From: Campylobacterota bacterium
GTDB lineage: Bacteria > Campylobacterota > Campylobacteria > Campylobacterales > Arcobacteraceae
DNA: 64,000 bases
Reading direction: 5' to 3'
Assembly: GCA_051746405.1 (NCBI GenBank)
Contig: JBNJFB010000006.1
Coordinates: forward strand, 1-64,000
The notes beneath the pieces were generated by a model. That model saw only the letters and a list, made by a program, of their open reading frames with translations. It searched no databases and had not been told where the DNA came from. Every line of letters starts with the position of its first letter. Within the stretch, counting starts at the first letter, position 1. This document shows positions 60,004-64,000 of the stretch, piece by piece. The position numbers and the translations under genes were made by a program.

Positions 60004-60831
60004 TTACTCCTCTTGCTTATATCTTGTATTTTTACTTTTTATTACCTTTGAGCTTTTTGATAGTTTAACTAAATCCTCTGAATATATAATAGTTTCATCC
60101 TTTGACTTTATACACTCTTTAAGAACATATGTGGTAGCTAGTGCATCATAATATGCCCTATGGTGATTATCAACATTTATACTTAAAGTCTCTTTTAATG
60201 TACTTAATCCATACTTCTTAGATTGAATACAACGCCTTGCTAAATCTATTGTACAAAGTTTTCTATTAAGAAGTTTTCCTAAATCATACTTTTCAAAAGA
60301 GTCTGAAATAAACCCATAATCAAACTTTATATTATGAGCCACAAATAAATCATTTCCTAAAAAATCTTTAAACTCCTCTAAAACTTTTTTCAAAGGTGGT
60401 GAGTTTTTTAACATATTTGGATTTATCTGTGTTACTTCTTGTACATATTCAGGTATAGTTCTTGCATATACTAAGCTTTCAAAGCTATCTACTATCTCAC
60501 CATTTCTATACTTCACTGCACCAAGCTCTATGACTTGTGCACCTTTTTTTACAGATGAGCCGTTTGTTTCAATATCAACTATACAAAAGCTTTGATCTTC
60601 TATTTTAGTATAAGCTGTGGTAAGAAATACATTATTTTCATCATCAATATCAATAGGCAAACCATTTGATAATAATAACTCAAACTCTAAATCTGTTGAT
60701 TCAAAAAATGTATCATTTGCTTCATTTAATAGACTCATAAACTCATCAAAACCTATCTTTGAATCTTTTATGAGTTTATTGATTATATCATCGGTTCTTA
60801 AAGTTTTTCTATAATTTCTTCTATATTTCAT
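60004..60831 (-). CDS. DEDDh 3'-5' exonuclease (DnaQ-like)
   Basis: VDIETNG, AHNIKFD, HRAYYDA. Confidence 0.9.
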   Translation of the reverse strand: MKYRRNYRKTLRTDDIINKLIKDSKIGFDEFMSLLNEANDTFFESTDLEFELLLSNGLPIDIDDENNVFLTTAYTKIEDQSFCIVDIETNGSSVKKGAQVIELGAVKYRNGEIVDSFESLVYARTIPEYVQEVTQINPNMLKNSPPLKKVLEEFKDFLGNDLFVAHNIKFDYGFISDSFEKYDLGKLLNRKLCTIDLARRCIQSKKYGLSTLKETLSINVDNHHRAYYDALATTYVLKECIKSKDETIIYSEDLVKLSKSSKVIKSKNTRYKQEE

Positions 60832-61414
60832 GGGAGGCTTTTATAAAATTTATAATCTTTTGTTTATCTTTTTTACCCTTTGATGCTTCAACTCCAGAAC
60901 TTACATCAACCCCGTAAAAACCATAACCATACAACTCTTTCAAATTCTTCTCTTTTAATCCACCTGCTAAAACAATTTTTGAACAATCTATTTTTTCAAA
61001 CCATTCAAGGGCAACTCTTTTACCAGCACCCCCAAACTCTTCAACAAATGCATCAACCAAATAGTACTCATTTTGATTTAAACTATTTATATCATCTTTT
61101 GTTTTTGCTCTTATTACTTTTAAATACTTAATATCTAAAGAGTTAAAATCTGTATAATCTTTATCATCAATTATTTGAGCTAATTGTATTTTTGCATCTT
61201 TACAAACACTATTTATACTCTTTGTACTTTCATTTACAAATAGTCCAACTGCTTGCACAAATGGAGGTAATCTCTCTATAATCTCTTTTGCTTTGCTAGC
61301 AGTAATAAATCTAGGTGATTTCTCATAAAATACAAACCCAAGTGCATCAGCACCTGCAGATATTGCATCTAGTGCATCTTCAAGGTTTGTAATACCGCAA
61401 ATTTTAACTCTCAT
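60821..61414 (-). CDS. trpF: Phosphoribosylanthranilate isomerase
   Basis: VKICGIT, GFVFY..SPR, LAGGL, DVSSGVE. Confidence 0.95.
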   Translation of the reverse strand: MRVKICGITNLEDALDAISAGADALGFVFYEKSPRFITASKAKEIIERLPPFVQAVGLFVNESTKSINSVCKDAKIQLAQIIDDKDYTDFNSLDIKYLKVIRAKTKDDINSLNQNEYYLVDAFVEEFGGAGKRVALEWFEKIDCSKIVLAGGLKEKNLKELYGYGFYGVDVSSGVEASKGKKDKQKIINFIKASHEI

Positions 61415-61417
61415 AAA

Positions 61418-62059
61418 CTATACCTGTAAACTCTTAATAGCTTTACTGTAATCTTCATTTTTAAATATATATGAACCTGCAACAACCATATCAACACCAG
61501 CTTCTTTTAACTCATGAATATTTTTGTCATTAACCCCACCATCAACTTCAATTAGACAGTTTGGATTTTTTCTATTAATAATCTCTTTTAATTTACGACT
61601 CTTTTCAACTACACTAGAGATAAACTTTTGTCCACCAAATCCTGGATTAACTGACATTAAAAGTACCATGTCCAAATCTTCAATTAAATACTCTATTGAT
61701 TCAGGAGTTGAGTGAGGATTTAAAACTATTGCGGGTTTTATTCCATAATCTTTTATCTTTTGAATCAATCTATGAGGATGTTTTTCACTCTCAATATGAA
61801 AAGAGATGTACTCAGGTTTCAATGGGGCAAACAGATCCACAAAAAAACTATTATTTTCAACCATTAAGTGCACATCAAGTGGCTTTGTTGAACTCTTAGC
61901 TACAGGGTTTACTACAACTGGACCTATAGTCATATTTGGAACAAAATGTCCATCCATCACATCAACATGAACTAAATCACATCCACCATCACAAATTGCT
62001 TTAATCTCTTCATTTAGTTTCCCAAAATCAGCAGATAGAATTGAAGGTGCAACAAGCAT
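61418..62059 (-). CDS. rpe: Ribulose-phosphate 3-epimerase
   Basis: APSILSADF, HVDVMDGHFVPN, MSVNPGFGGQ, VDGG. Confidence 0.97.
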   Translation of the reverse strand: MLVAPSILSADFGKLNEEIKAICDGGCDLVHVDVMDGHFVPNMTIGPVVVNPVAKSSTKPLDVHLMVENNSFFVDLFAPLKPEYISFHIESEKHPHRLIQKIKDYGIKPAIVLNPHSTPESIEYLIEDLDMVLLMSVNPGFGGQKFISSVVEKSRKLKEIINRKNPNCLIEVDGGVNDKNIHELKEAGVDMVVAGSYIFKNEDYSKAIKSLQV

Positions 62060-62188
62060 ATACCAACCTTTAATTTTTTAAAAATTATAGCATCATCTGA
62101 CTTTTATCCACTCTAAGCAAAGCATATGAAGCTAATTTTATACAAATTTTATCTATAATCACTATTTAATTTATATCAAAGGGTCTAT

Positions 62189-63142
62189 ATGAGAACTATT
62201 TTATTATCTTTAATTTTAACACCTAGCTTACTTTTTGCATCAAATATTCACTTGCAAAATAAAGCAAAAGCTTATGAGAAAAAAGGTGATTATAAAAAGG
62301 CTATGAAAATTTACAAACAACTTTTTTATAGCAAATATAAAAATGAGAATAAATCTTTAAAATCTAAACAAGAAAATAGTATTATTAATAAAGTAAGAAA
62401 CAAAGAGACAAAAGAGTCATTAACAAAAATATTAACAAAAAACTTCAATATCCTTCCTTACAAAAAAAATTATTTTCTACCAATTACATATGATACTATT
62501 GAGAAAAGCAATAGAAAAAATGTGGAAACAAAATTTCAATTTAGTATTCAAAAACCAATAATTACAAACCTTTTTGGATTAGATGAAACAATATCATTTG
62601 CATATACACAAAAATCTTTTTGGCAAACTACTAAACACTCAGCACCATTTAGAGAGACAAACTATATGCCTGAGATATTCATGAAAGCACCAATTGAAGA
62701 TAAATACTTAAAAGCATATAAACTATCATTTGTACATGAATCAAATGGTCAAGATAAGCAGTATTCAAGGTCTTGGAACAGAGTCTATTTAGAAAGCTTT
62801 TTTCAGTTTGATGAGCTGTTTATCATCCCAAAGATTTGGTTTAGAATACCTGAAGACAAAAAAGATGATGACAACCCAGATATTGAAGACTATTATGGAT
62901 ATGGAGACTTAAAATTAGCCTACCCTTATAAAAATCACCTTTTAGAGTTAAGCTTAAAAAATAATCTAAAATTTAATAAAAATAATAAATCCTCTGTTAA
63001 GCTTGATTATACTTTCCCATTGGGAATAAGTGGTTCTGATACCTTTGGATATTTACAACTTTTTCATGGATATGGAGATAGCTTAATTGATTATAACCAA
63101 AGAACAAATAGAATAGGGTTTGGTATAAGTCTCTCTAGATAA
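62189..63142 (+). CDS. pldA: Outer-membrane phospholipase A
   Basis: KFQFS, YTQKSFWQ, PFRETNY.PE, HESNG, SRSWNR, GYGDSLIDYN. Confidence 0.93.
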   Translation: MRTILLSLILTPSLLFASNIHLQNKAKAYEKKGDYKKAMKIYKQLFYSKYKNENKSLKSKQENSIINKVRNKETKESLTKILTKNFNILPYKKNYFLPITYDTIEKSNRKNVETKFQFSIQKPIITNLFGLDETISFAYTQKSFWQTTKHSAPFRETNYMPEIFMKAPIEDKYLKAYKLSFVHESNGQDKQYSRSWNRVYLESFFQFDELFIIPKIWFRIPEDKKDDDNPDIEDYYGYGDLKLAYPYKNHLLELSLKNNLKFNKNNKSSVKLDYTFPLGISGSDTFGYLQLFHGYGDSLIDYNQRTNRIGFGISLSR

Positions 63143-63154
63143 TTTGATTATTAA

Positions 63155-63586
63155 CTATTTTAAATTAGTTACATAGTGATAAATAGCTTGAATCTCCTCT
63201 TCAACTAAAAAGTAAGTTGGCATAACATTTGAATAGTAAATCAACTTTTCACAAATTTGATCTTTTTTAAACTTTTTTGGTGAGTTTTTTTTAGCATTTA
63301 CTTTTCGTAAAAAGGTTCTATATGTTACATTTTTAATTGAAGGGACCCAAAGTTCACACTCATACTTCTTTTTATCATAAGTATGAGTAAAACTTACAAG
63401 TTTTTTACCCTGTGCTTTTTTGCCATGACAATTACTACAACCTATTCCCCGAGGGTTATTATAAAGCATCTTTCCATACTCAAACTTTGTAATAAAAGCA
63501 TTATCAACTCTATTTACTAACCTATTATCATTTGCATAAACAAATGAAAAAAGTAAGAAAACTAATAAAAAAATATTTCTAAACAT
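63155..63586 (-). CDS. c-type cytochrome
   Basis: Signal peptide, NPRGIGCSNCHG, VMPTY. Confidence 0.8.
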   Translation of the reverse strand: MFRNIFLLVFLLFSFVYANDNRLVNRVDNAFITKFEYGKMLYNNPRGIGCSNCHGKKAQGKKLVSFTHTYDKKKYECELWVPSIKNVTYRTFLRKVNAKKNSPKKFKKDQICEKLIYYSNVMPTYFLVEEEIQAIYHYVTNLK

Positions 63587-63998
63587 ATCTATTTTTTAAA
63601 AACCAATAAAATGAAAACATCAAACCAGGAGTTTTAGCCTTTGACTCATCAAATAAAAACTCTTCCATTTGCTCTAAAGGTAAATACATAAGCTCTATTT
63701 GCTCATCATTTACCCCTCCACCACTATGCTTACAATCAGCTTGTGAAACCTTTGCAAAGTATAGACTCTGCTTTGCTCCACTAACTCCTACATTAGTATA
63801 AAAAGAGGTGACTTTTTCAATATTTTCAAGTTTTACATCATAACCACACTCTTCATCAATCTCTTCTTTTACAATCTGCTCTAAACTCAAATCTTTATCT
63901 ACAATACCCGCACAAAGTTCATAGGTACAAAGCTTTGATTTATCATTTAAATATACAGGTGGTCTAAACTGCTTTACTAAAATAAAAGAGTCTTTTTC
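63579..63998 (-). CDS. NUDIX hydrolase (5' end outside the window)
   Basis: Frame is open to the window edge: VKQFRPPV...ELCAGIVDK...KEEIDEECGY Nudix box. Confidence 0.85.
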   Translation of the reverse strand, partial: EKDSFILVKQFRPPVYLNDKSKLCTYELCAGIVDKDLSLEQIVKEEIDEECGYDVKLENIEKVTSFYTNVGVSGAKQSLYFAKVSQADCKHSGGGVNDEQIELMYLPLEQMEEFLFDESKAKTPGLMFSFYWFLKNRYV

Positions 63999-64000
63999 TA

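Noticed and set aside
1..64000. CRISPR array, tRNA or rRNA genes
   Set aside because: No regularly spaced repeats or cloverleaf/rRNA-like segments seen by eye; intergenic regions are short and AT-rich. tRNAscan-SE and a CRISPR finder would confirm.

Overview
AT-rich chromosome segment whose gene content and order (oorDABC, pyrD-M16 peptidase-dapA-SDR-pgsA-rseP, tsdA, rny) point to a Campylobacterota bacterium, probably Arcobacteraceae; this is inference. Positions ~12.5-64 kb are mostly housekeeping genes plus sulfur-redox and signalling modules. Positions 1-12.4 kb hold a single minus-strand defence locus. In it, a type I R-M system (hsdM-hsdS ... rhuM-hsdR) is split by nested cargo: a three-gene Lamassu/ABC-three-component system with a Cap4-like nuclease effector, a Kiwa kwaA-kwaB pair, an uncharacterised 309-aa gene coupled to kwaB, and a small hairpin-rich intergenic element. 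Two features are not in the ORF track. First, a frameshifted relic of an hsdS 3' end lies between Lamassu and Kiwa, so Lamassu is bracketed by a 29/32-nt direct repeat of the hsdS terminus, suggesting cassette stacking at the hsdS 3' end. Second, the terminus of an IS21-like element at 1-99 truncates hsdR. No rRNA, tRNA or CRISPR array was recognised. All family calls come from motif recognition by eye, not database searches.
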